From: Chromatiales bacterium
GTDB taxonomy: Bacteria; Pseudomonadota; Gammaproteobacteria; Steroidobacterales; BM003
Direction: 5' to 3'
Assembly: GCA_029864735.1 (NCBI GenBank)
Contig: JAOTSW010000001.1
Span: forward strand, 1 to 49,560
Length of the DNA: 49,560 nucleotides
Each line of letters starts with the position of its first letter. Positions within the stretch are counted from its first letter, which is position 1. Shown in pieces: positions 17,512 to 26,942 of this stretch. The notes below the pieces were generated by a model that worked only from the letters and a program-made list of their open reading frames with translations, was not told the DNA's origin and did not search any database. Made by a program: the position numbers and the translations under genes.

Positions 17512-18698
17512 CCGGGCTGGCGCTGGGGACCGTCTATTCCGCGGCTGATGACCAACAGTGCTGCGGCAGCCACTGCGGTTAATGTTCCCGCCACGACAAA
17601 TGCCACGGATTGTCCCAGCCACTGCCAGATGGCGCCGATCAATATTGCCCCCGGCAAGGCAAGCAGTCCGCAAACCAGGTGATACAGGCCATAGGCAGTA
17701 CCGCGCTGCAGAGGATCGGCTGCGTCTCCCACCAGTGATCGCTCCGCCGCCTCGGTAGAGGCAAGGCTGGCGGCAAACAACAGGAACATCACCCAGGTCA
17801 TCAGTTCGCTGCCATCCACCACGGCTATCAGGAACAGGGTCGCAACGCGTAAGGACCAACCGGCGATGACCACGGGAAGCCGTCCGATCTTGTCAGAGGC
17901 TGAGCCGGCCAGGTAGGACACGAAAACCTTGACCAGGCTGGCTGCGGCCCAGACCAGGGGAATGTATTCAAGCTTGATGCCGCGGCTTGCTGCCCACAGC
18001 ACCAGGAAGGCCTCGGGCATAGTGGCAAGCGCCAGGGCGCCAGAGGCGATAATCAATGCCCGCAATCTGCTATCCAGCAGGGACCATTTTAGTGGTGCGT
18101 TGGATACCGCTTGGGGTTCGGCCCTGGGCAGGCCAAAGACGATCAACAGCAATACAGCGGCGCCGGGGATGACGGACATCAGAAAGACATTGCTCATTTC
18201 AATGCCTTCGCGCAGTACCAGAAATGCCACCAGCGGGCCGATCACGGCGCCAACATGGTCCATTGATCTGTGAAAACCGAAAGCTGCTCCCCGGTAGGGA
18301 GCGGCAACCGAGTTGGCAATCATCGCATCCCGGGGCGCGGTGCGCAGACCCTTGCCGAGTCGATCCAGGAAACGCATCGCCATGACGAAGGGCCAGGCCA
18401 GGGCCAGTCCAATCAAGGGACGGGCCAGGTTTGAGGAACCATAACCCCAGACCACCAGAGCCTTGGGGTTCCAGCCCTTGTCGGCCAGTCTCCCGGAAAC
18501 CAGCTTCAGCACACTGGCAGTGGCCTCGGCCAACCCCTCGACCAGTCCGACGATGGCCGGTGTCGCGCCCAGGGCAACGGTCAGGAAGATCGGCAGTAGC
18601 GGGGTGATCATCTCGCTCGCCGCATCATTTAGTAATGACACCAGCGACAGAACCACCACCGTTCTTGGCAAGGCTGATTTCAATGCTTGAGTTGACAT
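17508..18698 (-). CDS. MFS transporter, 396 aa
   Basis: It has the hydropathy pattern of a 12-TM protein and MFS-type loop motifs (LVSGRLADKG). Confidence 0.85.
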   Translation of the reverse strand: MSTQALKSALPRTVVVLSLVSLLNDAASEMITPLLPIFLTVALGATPAIVGLVEGLAEATASVLKLVSGRLADKGWNPKALVVWGYGSSNLARPLIGLALAWPFVMAMRFLDRLGKGLRTAPRDAMIANSVAAPYRGAAFGFHRSMDHVGAVIGPLVAFLVLREGIEMSNVFLMSVIPGAAVLLLIVFGLPRAEPQAVSNAPLKWSLLDSRLRALIIASGALALATMPEAFLVLWAASRGIKLEYIPLVWAAASLVKVFVSYLAGSASDKIGRLPVVIAGWSLRVATLFLIAVVDGSELMTWVMFLLFAASLASTEAAERSLVGDAADPLQRGTAYGLYHLVCGLLALPGAILIGAIWQWLGQSVAFVVAGTLTAVAAAALLVISRGIDGPQRQPG

Positions 18699-18919
18699 GG
18701 CGGCTTACCGGTGCCCGGAGAGGCGGTTTCCAAGTAGACGCAGCGCAGAACAGGGTTGCATAAAGTAGGTCAGTTTGCCTGGTTGTTTCAGGGTCGTTTT
18801 TCGATTTTCGCTGACGATAGCACGAGCAAACTCTTTCGAGGTAGCCGGGGAGGCAATACTCATTCAGAATAACCGGTCCCGTGAGTTTTGCGGTTTCTGG
18901 ACATCAGTGGAATTTAAAC

Positions 18920-19867
18920 ATGGATATAGCAGCGGAAGTTCATCGGGCGGCAGCAAGAATTTATGACGTGGTTCGCGAGACGCCACTTGATTTATTGGTG
19001 GGATTTAGCGACGAGCAGTGCGAGGTCTATGGCAAGCTCGAAAATCTGCAGCATACGGGTTCTTTCAAATTGCGTGGTGCGGTCAACAAGCTGATGTCAT
19101 TGGATGCTGAGCAACGCCATGCGGGCTGTGTGACGGCCTCCACCGGAAACCACGGAGCGGCGATGGCCTATGCTTTTTCCAAGCTGGGATTGAAAGGCAT
19201 GGTGTTTGTTCCGGAAACGGCGGCCAAGACCAAGGTGGAAGCCATTCGTCGCTATGGCGGTGATTTGAAGTTCCATGGAGTGGATGGCGCACAGACCGAA
19301 CGCTTCGCCCGGGAGTTTGCCGAGGCAAACGGGATGCTTTACGTGTCTCCTTATAACGATCCCCAGATCATCGGTGGACAGGGGACCGTTGGCTTGGAAA
19401 TGCACCGCCAGCGTCCGAACCTGGATGCGGTGTTTGTCGCGGTAGGCGGCGGCGGATTGATGTCCGGCATTGCCGGGTTTCTTAAGTCAGTGAATCCGAA
19501 TATCCAAATCTATGGATGCCAACCCGCTAACTCTGCGGTCATGGCCCACTCCATCGAGGCGGGTCATGTTATCGATGAGGAAAGCCTGCCTACCCTGTCT
19601 GATGGCACGGCCGGCGGTATGGATCTGGATTCCATTACTTTCGAACCATGCAGGGATTTTGTTGATGAATGGATCCTGGTGGATGAGCAGGAGATTGCCG
19701 AGGCGATGCGAAAGTTCATGCAAAGTCAGCACCAGCTTCTGGAAGGGTCAGCCGGGGTCGCTCTTGCGGCAGTGGATCGGGTGAGAGATGCCCTCCAGGG
19801 AAAGCGGGTTGCTACGGTGATCTGCGGCGCCAACATCAGCCTGGACACTCTCAAGCAGGTGCTGTGA
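18920..19867 (+). CDS. PLP-dependent serine/threonine dehydratase family enzyme
   Basis: The PLP-lysine motif GSFKLRGA and the glycine loop VAVGGGGLMSG are present. The ATG at 18920 (MDIAAEV...) is preferred over the GTG at 18881. The start is uncertain. Confidence 0.85.
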   Translation: MDIAAEVHRAAARIYDVVRETPLDLLVGFSDEQCEVYGKLENLQHTGSFKLRGAVNKLMSLDAEQRHAGCVTASTGNHGAAMAYAFSKLGLKGMVFVPETAAKTKVEAIRRYGGDLKFHGVDGAQTERFAREFAEANGMLYVSPYNDPQIIGGQGTVGLEMHRQRPNLDAVFVAVGGGGLMSGIAGFLKSVNPNIQIYGCQPANSAVMAHSIEAGHVIDEESLPTLSDGTAGGMDLDSITFEPCRDFVDEWILVDEQEIAEAMRKFMQSQHQLLEGSAGVALAAVDRVRDALQGKRVATVICGANISLDTLKQVL

Positions 19868-20020
19868 GAGCCGGTTCCTGGTCGACACATGCGAGCAGCA
19901 ATGCCAGGCCCATCCCGGGATTGGAGTCGTAGAATACCTATCCAATTTTTCCCCATGGTGTACCATTGCTCAAGAAAAAACTGGTTATTTCAGTAAAAAA
20001 AAGATGGCAGGGAGTGCTCA

Positions 20021-22384
20021 TTGGGAGATCATCTCCATATTGGGTTTCGGCTAGAAGAATTTATAGTCAGGCCGGTTAGGAATGCTGTGGAAGGGCCAAA
20101 TGGTTCATTTCATGTCTCCCCTCGTGCTATGGAACTGCTGCTTGCCCTGGCGAGAAAGCCCGGATACGTGGTCTCGCGAAACCAGCTGATAGGCCTGGTT
20201 TGGGGGAGCGAGCAGATTTCGGCAACAGTTGTGACCCGGTGTGTTGGTGAGTTGCGTCATGTCCTTGGAGACAATCCTGAATCTCCCCGGTTTATCCAGA
20301 CCATACCTGGACGCGGCTATCGACTGATCCCCGACCCATTAGTCCTGGACATTCCGGTGAATGATGAAGGGCTTGCCGCGCCGCAGTCCGAGCCAGCAGA
20401 AAATGGGTCCGGTTCACTCTTCGGTTTCATTACCGACCTGGCACGCAGGAAGGTCTATCGAATTGCGGCAAGCTACCTGGTGGCCGCATGGGTGATTCTT
20501 CAGGTTGCCGACGTCATTTTGGACGCCTTGCCGTTACCTGAGTATTCAATGACATTTGTCGTGGTGGCATTGGCCATGGGCTTCCCGGTGGCGGTGATCC
20601 TTGCCTGGGCATTCCAGTGGACGCCCCAGGGCTTGATGGTAGAGGGTCGGGGAGGACGGCTGCAAGCTCATTCAACAGGAGCCAGTCCCGGCAGGCTGGT
20701 CTATGCCATTGCAGTGGTGAGTGCTGTCGGGGTAGGAATAGGCGCATACCTGCTCACAGCGAAAGAATCGACGTCGAAAGTTCAAGCGCCAGCCGATGAG
20801 TCGATCGCAGTGCTTCCCTTCGTTAATTTCAGTGATGACAAGGCCACCGAGTATTTTAGCGATGGTCTGACCGAAGAGGTCTTGAATGTGCTGGCCCAAC
20901 TGGGCGATCTGCAGGTCGCGTCCAGGACATCCTCGTTTTATTACAAAGGTAAAGACCAGGACATCATGAAGATTGCCCAGGCTCTTAATGTGCGCTACGT
21001 GCTTGAAGGCAGCGTGCGCCTGGCTGGCGAGAGCATGCGGATCACCGCCCAGCTGATTGATGGCGCTAGTGGATTTCACTTGTGGTCGGGAACCTATGAC
21101 CGGGAGACCACGGACGTGTTCGCGGTGCAAAGTGATATTGCGCGACAGGTGGCGCGGAACCTGAAAATTGTCATGAGCAGTAATCTGGAAGAAGCGCTTG
21201 GGAAGGAGCCAACGAAGAATTTCGAAGCCTATGACGCTTACCTCAGGGGACGTGATTACCTGAGGCGGCCAATCAACCCGGACAACTTGCGGAATGCGGA
21301 AATGCAGTTCCAGTTGGCGCTGAAGATCGACCCGGGCTTTGGCCTTGCTTATGCAGGCGTTTGTGAAACCCGCCTGATGCTGTACCAGGAAAATCCCGAT
21401 ACCCGGGTCTTTGAAGATGCGGAAAAAGCCTGTAATCGCGCCATGACCAGGGACGGCAAATCCGCCGAGGTCAGCCTGGCCCTGGGTCAGCTGCATTTGC
21501 TGTCAGGGCAGAGCGAACAGGCCATGTCAGAGATCGACCGGGCATTGGCGTTAAAGCCCCGCATGGTGGAGGCTATCCTGGCGCGCGGTGAAGCACTTGC
21601 CGCCCAGGGGCTCCCCGTGGAGGCAGAGGCAGAGTTCAAGAGGGTGATTGAGATTGATCCGGGCTTCGGTCAAGGCTACAAGTTGCTGGGAAATTTCTAT
21701 TTCCACAATGGGCTGTTTCAGGAGGCAATCAACAATTATAACGAGGTGATCAAGCGGATTCCGGACGACTGGGGAGTCTATAGCAACCTGGGCTCGGCAT
21801 ATTATTTACAGGGGGATTTGCAGAGCGCCGCCGAAATCTGGCTCAAGCTGGCTGCAATTAAAAGCAGTCCAAACCTGTTCGCGAACATCGGAAGCATGTA
21901 TTTTTATCTAAGGCGTTTTGAAGAAGCGGTGGAGATGTATGCCAAGGCAGTGGAGCTTGCTCCCAACGCCGCACAGAACTGGGGTAACCAGGGCGAGGCA
22001 TATCGCCAGATACCCGACGGATGGAATGAGGCGGAGGCCGCCTATAAAAAAGCTATTACGCTGGCCGAGGAGCAGTTTGCCATTAATCCGAACGATTATG
22101 AATTGATGGTTCAGACTGCGGTGTTTTATTCGGGGCTGGGGAACTTCGGAAAAGCGTTTGAATTATTGGAAAAAGCGCGAGCCGCCAGTTCGGGAGATTA
22201 TTATTACTATTACCAGTCGGCACTGGTTTACGTGCGGGCTGGTAATCCGGTGAAAGCCGAAGATGCCTTGATGCGGGCCGTTGAGATGGGATACCCGGTA
22301 AAATTATTGTCGGTGGACGCGGGTCTGGATCCACTTCATGGCAGGCTTCGATTTGAAGCCTTGGCGGATGATGGTAGGAAATAA
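20021..22384 (+). CDS. ToxR/CadC-like membrane-anchored winged-helix (OmpR-type DNA-binding) protein with TPR repeats, 787 aa
   Basis: The TTG start has a GGGAG SD 6 nt upstream. The N-terminus is a trans_reg_C-like wHTH (HVSPRAMELLLALARKPGYVVSRNQLIGLVWG...IQTIPGRGYRL). Hydrophobic segments follow (AASYLVAAWVILQVADVILDAL, FVVVALAMGFPVAVILAWAF). Then comes a TolB-N-like module (IAVLPFVNFS...YVLEGSV) and many TPR-like repeats. Confidence 0.8.
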   Translation: MGDHLHIGFRLEEFIVRPVRNAVEGPNGSFHVSPRAMELLLALARKPGYVVSRNQLIGLVWGSEQISATVVTRCVGELRHVLGDNPESPRFIQTIPGRGYRLIPDPLVLDIPVNDEGLAAPQSEPAENGSGSLFGFITDLARRKVYRIAASYLVAAWVILQVADVILDALPLPEYSMTFVVVALAMGFPVAVILAWAFQWTPQGLMVEGRGGRLQAHSTGASPGRLVYAIAVVSAVGVGIGAYLLTAKESTSKVQAPADESIAVLPFVNFSDDKATEYFSDGLTEEVLNVLAQLGDLQVASRTSSFYYKGKDQDIMKIAQALNVRYVLEGSVRLAGESMRITAQLIDGASGFHLWSGTYDRETTDVFAVQSDIARQVARNLKIVMSSNLEEALGKEPTKNFEAYDAYLRGRDYLRRPINPDNLRNAEMQFQLALKIDPGFGLAYAGVCETRLMLYQENPDTRVFEDAEKACNRAMTRDGKSAEVSLALGQLHLLSGQSEQAMSEIDRALALKPRMVEAILARGEALAAQGLPVEAEAEFKRVIEIDPGFGQGYKLLGNFYFHNGLFQEAINNYNEVIKRIPDDWGVYSNLGSAYYLQGDLQSAAEIWLKLAAIKSSPNLFANIGSMYFYLRRFEEAVEMYAKAVELAPNAAQNWGNQGEAYRQIPDGWNEAEAAYKKAITLAEEQFAINPNDYELMVQTAVFYSGLGNFGKAFELLEKARAASSGDYYYYYQSALVYVRAGNPVKAEDALMRAVEMGYPVKLLSVDAGLDPLHGRLRFEALADDGRK

Positions 22385-22416
22385 CGAAGTCATATGACAA
22401 CTAGAGTGGAGTCGAA

Positions 22417-22857
22417 ATGGTTAGTACAAAAAAAGATAAGAGAGCGATGCTCATAAAGTTACTGGTGGTAATTCTGGTCATGACCGTAATGATCATGATG
22501 AGCGCTGGTCTTTCCAGCCAGGGAGTAACCAATGTCAGCCTTGAGATCGTCGTGCAGGACGGTTGCCCGGTTGAGGTGAATGACGAGAGCGATTCCTGTG
22601 GCGAAGGTCAGGGTGGTCCTGGCACCGCATGTGCAACGGCGGGAGCGACTGTTTTGCATTGGCATTCAACAGGTGGCGAAGAATTCTCGATTAATTTCAA
22701 GGATAAGTCGCCCCTGGGCTCGGGTCGAAATTACAGCAGTAATTCGCAAGGCACTCTTACCGCTCCTGTTCCTGCCAGTGCGGAAGCAGGCGACTATTAC
22801 TACGGCGTGTCGGTAGGGTCCTGTGAGATGGATCCCAAGATTGTTGTAGGCAAGTAA
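22417..22857 (+). CDS. Hypothetical small exported or membrane-anchored protein with four Cys, 146 aa
   Basis: A GTGGAG SD precedes the ATG. The N-terminus has a basic n-region and a hydrophobic anchor (LIKLLVVILVMTVMIMMSAG). No family was recognised. It lies 32 nt downstream of the wHTH-TPR gene and shares its lower GC. Confidence 0.55.
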   Translation: MVSTKKDKRAMLIKLLVVILVMTVMIMMSAGLSSQGVTNVSLEIVVQDGCPVEVNDESDSCGEGQGGPGTACATAGATVLHWHSTGGEEFSINFKDKSPLGSGRNYSSNSQGTLTAPVPASAEAGDYYYGVSVGSCEMDPKIVVGK

Positions 22858-22877
22858 CCGGCGGGGTGCGCTGGGCG

Positions 22878-24074
22878 TCAGGCGACGACCCAGTGCACCC
22901 AGGCCGCTATGGTCACCGCGGCGGCAAGATTCATGAATACGCCTGCCAGTAGCATCCGCCACAACGAGGCGCCGCGCATCTCGCCAAACACCAGGCCATT
23001 GACACCTGTTGCCAGGGGGCTCATGAATGCGCAGGTGCAGGACAGGCTGACTACCATCATCGGGTAGATCATCGCGCTACCTTCCGAGCCATGGGCGAGG
23101 ATGGTTTCAAACATTCCCAATTGCACCACGGTGTTGCTCAATGCCTCGGTCGCGAATGACGTGGTTAAGGCGATCACCACCATTGATCCAAGGCTTTGCA
23201 AGTCCGCCGGCAGAGCATCGGCGAGTAATCCGGCGATTGCCTGTACCGCTCCCAGCATGACCAGAGTCGTCGCCAGTACTACGAAGCCCAGGACGAAAAG
23301 CATTCCTCGCAAGGGTAGGTTGGATGCCACGTCCGATGGGCGCAGCAGGGGTGAGGACTTTGCCTGATCGTTAGCGAACGGGATAAGGAACAAGGCCAGG
23401 ACCAGGATCACAGTCAAGGCGATTGTCAGGCCCAGAACCAGTTCCTGTTTCCAGAAGTTCATCGCGGTAGAGAGAATAAACGCGCAGATGAAAAATACTG
23501 CCGCCATCCACAGGGCGTGGCGCTGGGTTCGGCATTTCGGTGCAGTCCAGTTTTCGAGAACTTCAACCTTCTCCCTTGCGTGACGACCAGCGAGGGTAAG
23601 CATGATTACCGCCCAACCCATGATGACCAGAATGGCTGCCAGGGGAAGGCCCCACAGCAACCAGCTGTCAAAGCGCAATATTCCCTCGCCCGGTATTTCC
23701 TGCATGGCGCTGTACGCCACCAGGATACCGTTGGCCGGCGTAGCCGTTATCGCGCCGACCCCGCCTATGTTGGCTCCGTATATAACTGCCAGGGCGAGGG
23801 CGGTTGTGACCCGGGCCTGGTGGTCTTTTCCGTGCTGGTGCCACTGGCGTTGCAGTAAGGTGATGATCGGCAACACGGTTATCGCGGTGATCGCATTCGG
23901 AATAAGAACCGACAGGCATGCGGAGAGACTTATCAAAAGGAATATGAGTGTCGCGAAGTTCAACTCGCGAGTGACCAGGTTGTGGACGATTCGCTCGGGC
24001 AGTCGGGATACCACGAACAGCCGCGATAGCAGAAATCCGCAAAAGAACAGCAGGCCTAATTGGGCGGTATCCAT
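22878..24074 (-). CDS. Ion-transporter superfamily permease (SLC13/ArsB/NhaD-like), 398 aa
   Basis: It is a polytopic membrane protein with the motif IYGANIGGVGAITATPANGI, typical of this superfamily. Confidence 0.8.
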   Translation of the reverse strand: MDTAQLGLLFFCGFLLSRLFVVSRLPERIVHNLVTRELNFATLIFLLISLSACLSVLIPNAITAITVLPIITLLQRQWHQHGKDHQARVTTALALAVIYGANIGGVGAITATPANGILVAYSAMQEIPGEGILRFDSWLLWGLPLAAILVIMGWAVIMLTLAGRHAREKVEVLENWTAPKCRTQRHALWMAAVFFICAFILSTAMNFWKQELVLGLTIALTVILVLALFLIPFANDQAKSSPLLRPSDVASNLPLRGMLFVLGFVVLATTLVMLGAVQAIAGLLADALPADLQSLGSMVVIALTTSFATEALSNTVVQLGMFETILAHGSEGSAMIYPMMVVSLSCTCAFMSPLATGVNGLVFGEMRGASLWRMLLAGVFMNLAAAVTIAAWVHWVVA

Positions 24075-24201
24075 GTTGGCGTGCGTCTCCCTGGCTGCAT
24101 GGCCGATAGTACAGCCGGACTAGTACCTGGTCAGTATGGAGCAGGGCCAGAGTCTCACGCTGTCCGTAATGGTCCTCACCCCGGCGTGTAAAAGCGAAAG
24201 T

Positions 24202-24543
24202 TTACTCGTAGATTGCGTATAGCTTGCGTACCTCGCCCAGGGACTCCCAGGTACCCTTGAAGCCTGCTTGCACAATAAAACTGTCACCCGCCCGGACATG
24301 TTCTGCCTGGCCTAGTTGGTCAGTGAGGATGGCTTCCCCGGCAAGCATGTGAACGAATTCCTGCTCGGTGTAATTCACCGGCCATTTGCCCTTGGTGGAT
24401 TCCCAGACACCGGCGAAAAAGTGCTGATCCGGGGACGTGAAAAAATTTCGGGTCGTGGCCTGGGGTTTGCCCTCCAGGGGGTTGTTGACCGGGCCGGTGC
24501 TCACCTCCGGGGTGGCGCTGTCGAAACGAATAATGCTGGTCAT
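24202..24543 (-). CDS. Cupin-fold protein (DUF861/EutQ-like small cupin), 113 aa
   Basis: The size and the motifs FFAGVWESTKGKW and EFVHMLAGEAILTD...GDSFIVQAGFKGTWE fit single-domain cupin_3 proteins. Confidence 0.75.
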   Translation of the reverse strand: MTSIIRFDSATPEVSTGPVNNPLEGKPQATTRNFFTSPDQHFFAGVWESTKGKWPVNYTEQEFVHMLAGEAILTDQLGQAEHVRAGDSFIVQAGFKGTWESLGEVRKLYAIYE

Positions 24544-24727
24544 GTTCGGTCCGTTTGTTAGGGGTGGCGGTGCCCGCCGTGGTCGGAGGGCCCTGGTTGC
24601 TAGCCCATGCTATCTGCTCCCGGGATATTTTCAAACTTGCGCTGAAAAGCCAGGCGGCTACGGACGGGTGGCTTGAGTTTGTCGAGTGCATCCCCATATT
24701 TTTCGGTATGTCCGCAGGATGAGATAG

Positions 24728-25204
24728 ATGGCAAGTTACAAAATCGATGAAAAAGGTGTCTTGTTGAGTTGCACGGCCTGTGGGCAGCGCAACCGACTGT
24801 CCTGGCAGAGAATCAATGAGCGGGGACGGTGTGCGAGCTGCAAGCGGGATTTGCCGAGACCTTCGCTTACCCTTGAGGTAGCCAGTCCCCAGCAGTTCTC
24901 GGCCATGGTGGCAAATTCGACGATGCCGGTGCTGGTAGATTTCTGGGCGGCCTGGTGTGGTCCTTGTCGCACGCTGGCGCCAGAGTTGGAAAAACTGGCG
25001 GCGGTCAGTGGTGAGGAGTTCCTGATAGCCAAGGTGGACACCGAGGCACTGCCCTCGGTCGCAGCGCAGTTTGCGATTCGCTCTATCCCATCGCTGTTGT
25101 TGTTTGGCGGTGGGCGGGAAATCTCCCGCAGCGCAGGAGCTCAATCCGCCGGAGCCTTGCGAAACTTTGTTCGCAAGGCCCTGGCGGGTGAGGTCTTCAC
25201 TTAG
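24728..25204 (+). CDS. trxC: Thioredoxin 2 (zinc-finger thioredoxin)
   Basis: The N-terminus has two CxxC pairs (CTACGQ, CASCKR) and the active site is WAAWCGPC. The 3-prime end overlaps the convergent methyltransferase-like gene by 8 nt. Confidence 0.9.
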   Translation: MASYKIDEKGVLLSCTACGQRNRLSWQRINERGRCASCKRDLPRPSLTLEVASPQQFSAMVANSTMPVLVDFWAAWCGPCRTLAPELEKLAAVSGEEFLIAKVDTEALPSVAAQFAIRSIPSLLLFGGGREISRSAGAQSAGALRNFVRKALAGEVFT

Positions 25205-26030
25205 CGGGCTTGCGGAAACGCAGGGTCATCCGGTCGCTCTCGCCGATGGCCAGGTACTTGTCCCGGTCCTGCTCACCGAGAGTCAGGTTGGGAGGCAGGG
25301 TCCACACGCCTTTTTCGTAGTCCTTGGTGTCCATCAGGTTGGAATTGATTTCCGAACTGGCTTCGAAGACCAGGCCTGCCGCCTCGGCCACGGCGATCAT
25401 GTGGGACTGAGGTACATAGCCTTTCTTGGCGCTCTCCACCGGGTCGCTGCCCTCCTTGGCGCGATGTTGAACCAGGCCCAGCACACCGCCTGGCTTCAGT
25501 ACATTGAAGATCGCCTGGAATACATCCTTTTCGATACCGGCTGAGATCCAGCCATGGGCATTGCGAAACGTCACCACCATATCGGCGGATCCATCCGGGC
25601 CCAGTGAAGACTTCTCCGGCGGCAGCCATTCAGTGACCTTGACGCTGCCATATGCCTCGGGGTTGCCGGCGACCTTCTCAAGAAGTTCCTTGTGCAGGCG
25701 CGGGCGGTACTCGGGGCTGGAGTCCATACCGAAGCTGGCAGCCACCAGCGTGCCCGTGCCCTTCAGGGCAGGGCCGATGATTTCCGTGTACCAGCCACCG
25801 CCGGGCCACAGCTCGATCACCGTCATATCCGGCTGCATGCCGAAGAACTCCAAGGTGTCCCACGGGTGTCGGTAACCGTCCCTGGCGATGTTCGCCTCCG
25901 AGCGCTGGTCGCCGTGAATGACATCATTGAGTCTGGCTGCCATGCTCTGTTCGTTTGCCGGGACAGCGCTTGAAAAGCCCTGCAGCGCCAGCAGACCCAG
26001 TGCTAAGATCGGTGTCATCCTGGATTTCAT
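25197..26030 (-). CDS. Class I SAM-dependent methyltransferase-fold protein with an N-terminal signal peptide, 277 aa
   Basis: The signal peptide is MKSRMTPILALGLLALQGFSSAVPA. Rossmann motif I is VIELWPGGGWYTEII. Confidence 0.8.
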   Translation of the reverse strand: MKSRMTPILALGLLALQGFSSAVPANEQSMAARLNDVIHGDQRSEANIARDGYRHPWDTLEFFGMQPDMTVIELWPGGGWYTEIIGPALKGTGTLVAASFGMDSSPEYRPRLHKELLEKVAGNPEAYGSVKVTEWLPPEKSSLGPDGSADMVVTFRNAHGWISAGIEKDVFQAIFNVLKPGGVLGLVQHRAKEGSDPVESAKKGYVPQSHMIAVAEAAGLVFEASSEINSNLMDTKDYEKGVWTLPPNLTLGEQDRDKYLAIGESDRMTLRFRKPAK

Positions 26031-26160
26031 TCAGTTCTCCCTTATTGAATTGTCCTGTCGCCATTGAATATAGCAGTCCGCCTAGCGCAGGGGGAATGTT
26101 ATGGCCGGTTCCCGGCAGCGGTGACGAGAGGTTTTCATACATCGCCGCATAGGAGGCAGC

Positions 26161-26895
26161 ATGGCGTTTGACACATTTCCTGCAATAGTGACCGGTACCC
26201 GCATGGTGACTCCAACCGCGCTGTGCCTTGCATTCAGGCGCCAGGACGGGCAACTCCTGGATTTCAAACCGGGGCACTTCATCAATGTCCATTTCGAGGA
26301 CCAGCAGGGAGAGACGCATCGTAGCTACAGCGTGGCGAATCCACCGGGGGAAGATCATTTCGAGATAGCTGTTGCGCCGGTGGAAGACGGAAGGGCGACT
26401 CGCTACCTGTTTGGCCTGAAAGAAGGCGATAAGGTGAATATCAGTGGCCCATATGGCCGCTTTGTCCTGCGCGAAGAGCACTGCGACAGGTATGTGCTGG
26501 TGGGAACCGGTACGGGCATCACACCGTATCGGGCGATGCTTCCACAGTTGGCCCGGCGCATGAAAGAAAACCATGCCAGGGTGGACGTATTGATTGGCGT
26601 GCGCAGCCGTGAAGAGTTCTTGTTTGCGGATGATTTCCTTGCCGCGGCACAGGTGACGCCAGGCCTTAGACTGCACGCCAGGTACAGTCGCCAAATGCCC
26701 GGGCTACCCCAGTCATATGAAAGCCAGGGCTATGTGCAGGGACTGTTCGAGGAGCTGGAACTGGATCCGGAGCAGGACATTGTTTACCTGTGCGGTAACC
26801 CCAATATGATCGATGAAGCTGTCGCCTGGCTCAAGTCCAGGGGGTTCCCGGTAAAACGCATCCGGCGGGAGAAATACCTCTCCGCAAACGCCTGA
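26161..26895 (+). CDS. Ferredoxin-NADP(+) reductase-type FAD/NAD(P)-binding oxidoreductase, 244 aa
   Basis: The FAD motif RSYSVAN (RxYS) and the NAD(P) motif YVLVGTGTGITP are present. The size matches a two-domain plant-type FNR fold. Confidence 0.8.
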   Translation: MAFDTFPAIVTGTRMVTPTALCLAFRRQDGQLLDFKPGHFINVHFEDQQGETHRSYSVANPPGEDHFEIAVAPVEDGRATRYLFGLKEGDKVNISGPYGRFVLREEHCDRYVLVGTGTGITPYRAMLPQLARRMKENHARVDVLIGVRSREEFLFADDFLAAAQVTPGLRLHARYSRQMPGLPQSYESQGYVQGLFEELELDPEQDIVYLCGNPNMIDEAVAWLKSRGFPVKRIRREKYLSANA

Positions 26896-26905
26896 CACCG
26901 TTTTC

Positions 26906-26936
26906 GTGAGACCGGGGCGGGAAGGCCCGGCCTCAC
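26906..26936. terminator. GC-rich hairpin between convergent genes (putative terminator, no clear U-tract)
   Basis: GTGAGACCGGGGC ... GCCCGGCCTCAC forms 11 base pairs with 2 mismatches and a 5-nt loop. It lies between the FNR-type gene stop and the ettA stop. Confidence 0.45.
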
Positions 26937-26942
26937 TAATTA

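Noticed and set aside
17104-17859. A 251-aa minus-strand ORF spanning the zinc-ribbon gene and the 3-prime end of the MFS gene.
   Set aside because: It overlaps two better-supported genes, and its Arg/Gly-rich translation has no motifs.
22199-22213. A run of five consecutive Tyr codons (tat tat tac tat tac) in the TPR protein gene, considered as a slippage-prone repeat.
   Set aside because: It is only 15 nt, it is an imperfect repeat and it is in frame. It is most simply a YYYYY stretch within a TPR helix.
24544-24727. An OxyR-type site upstream of trxC.
   Set aside because: A few ATAG/CTAT tetranucleotides occur, but not in the required 10-bp phased fourfold arrangement.
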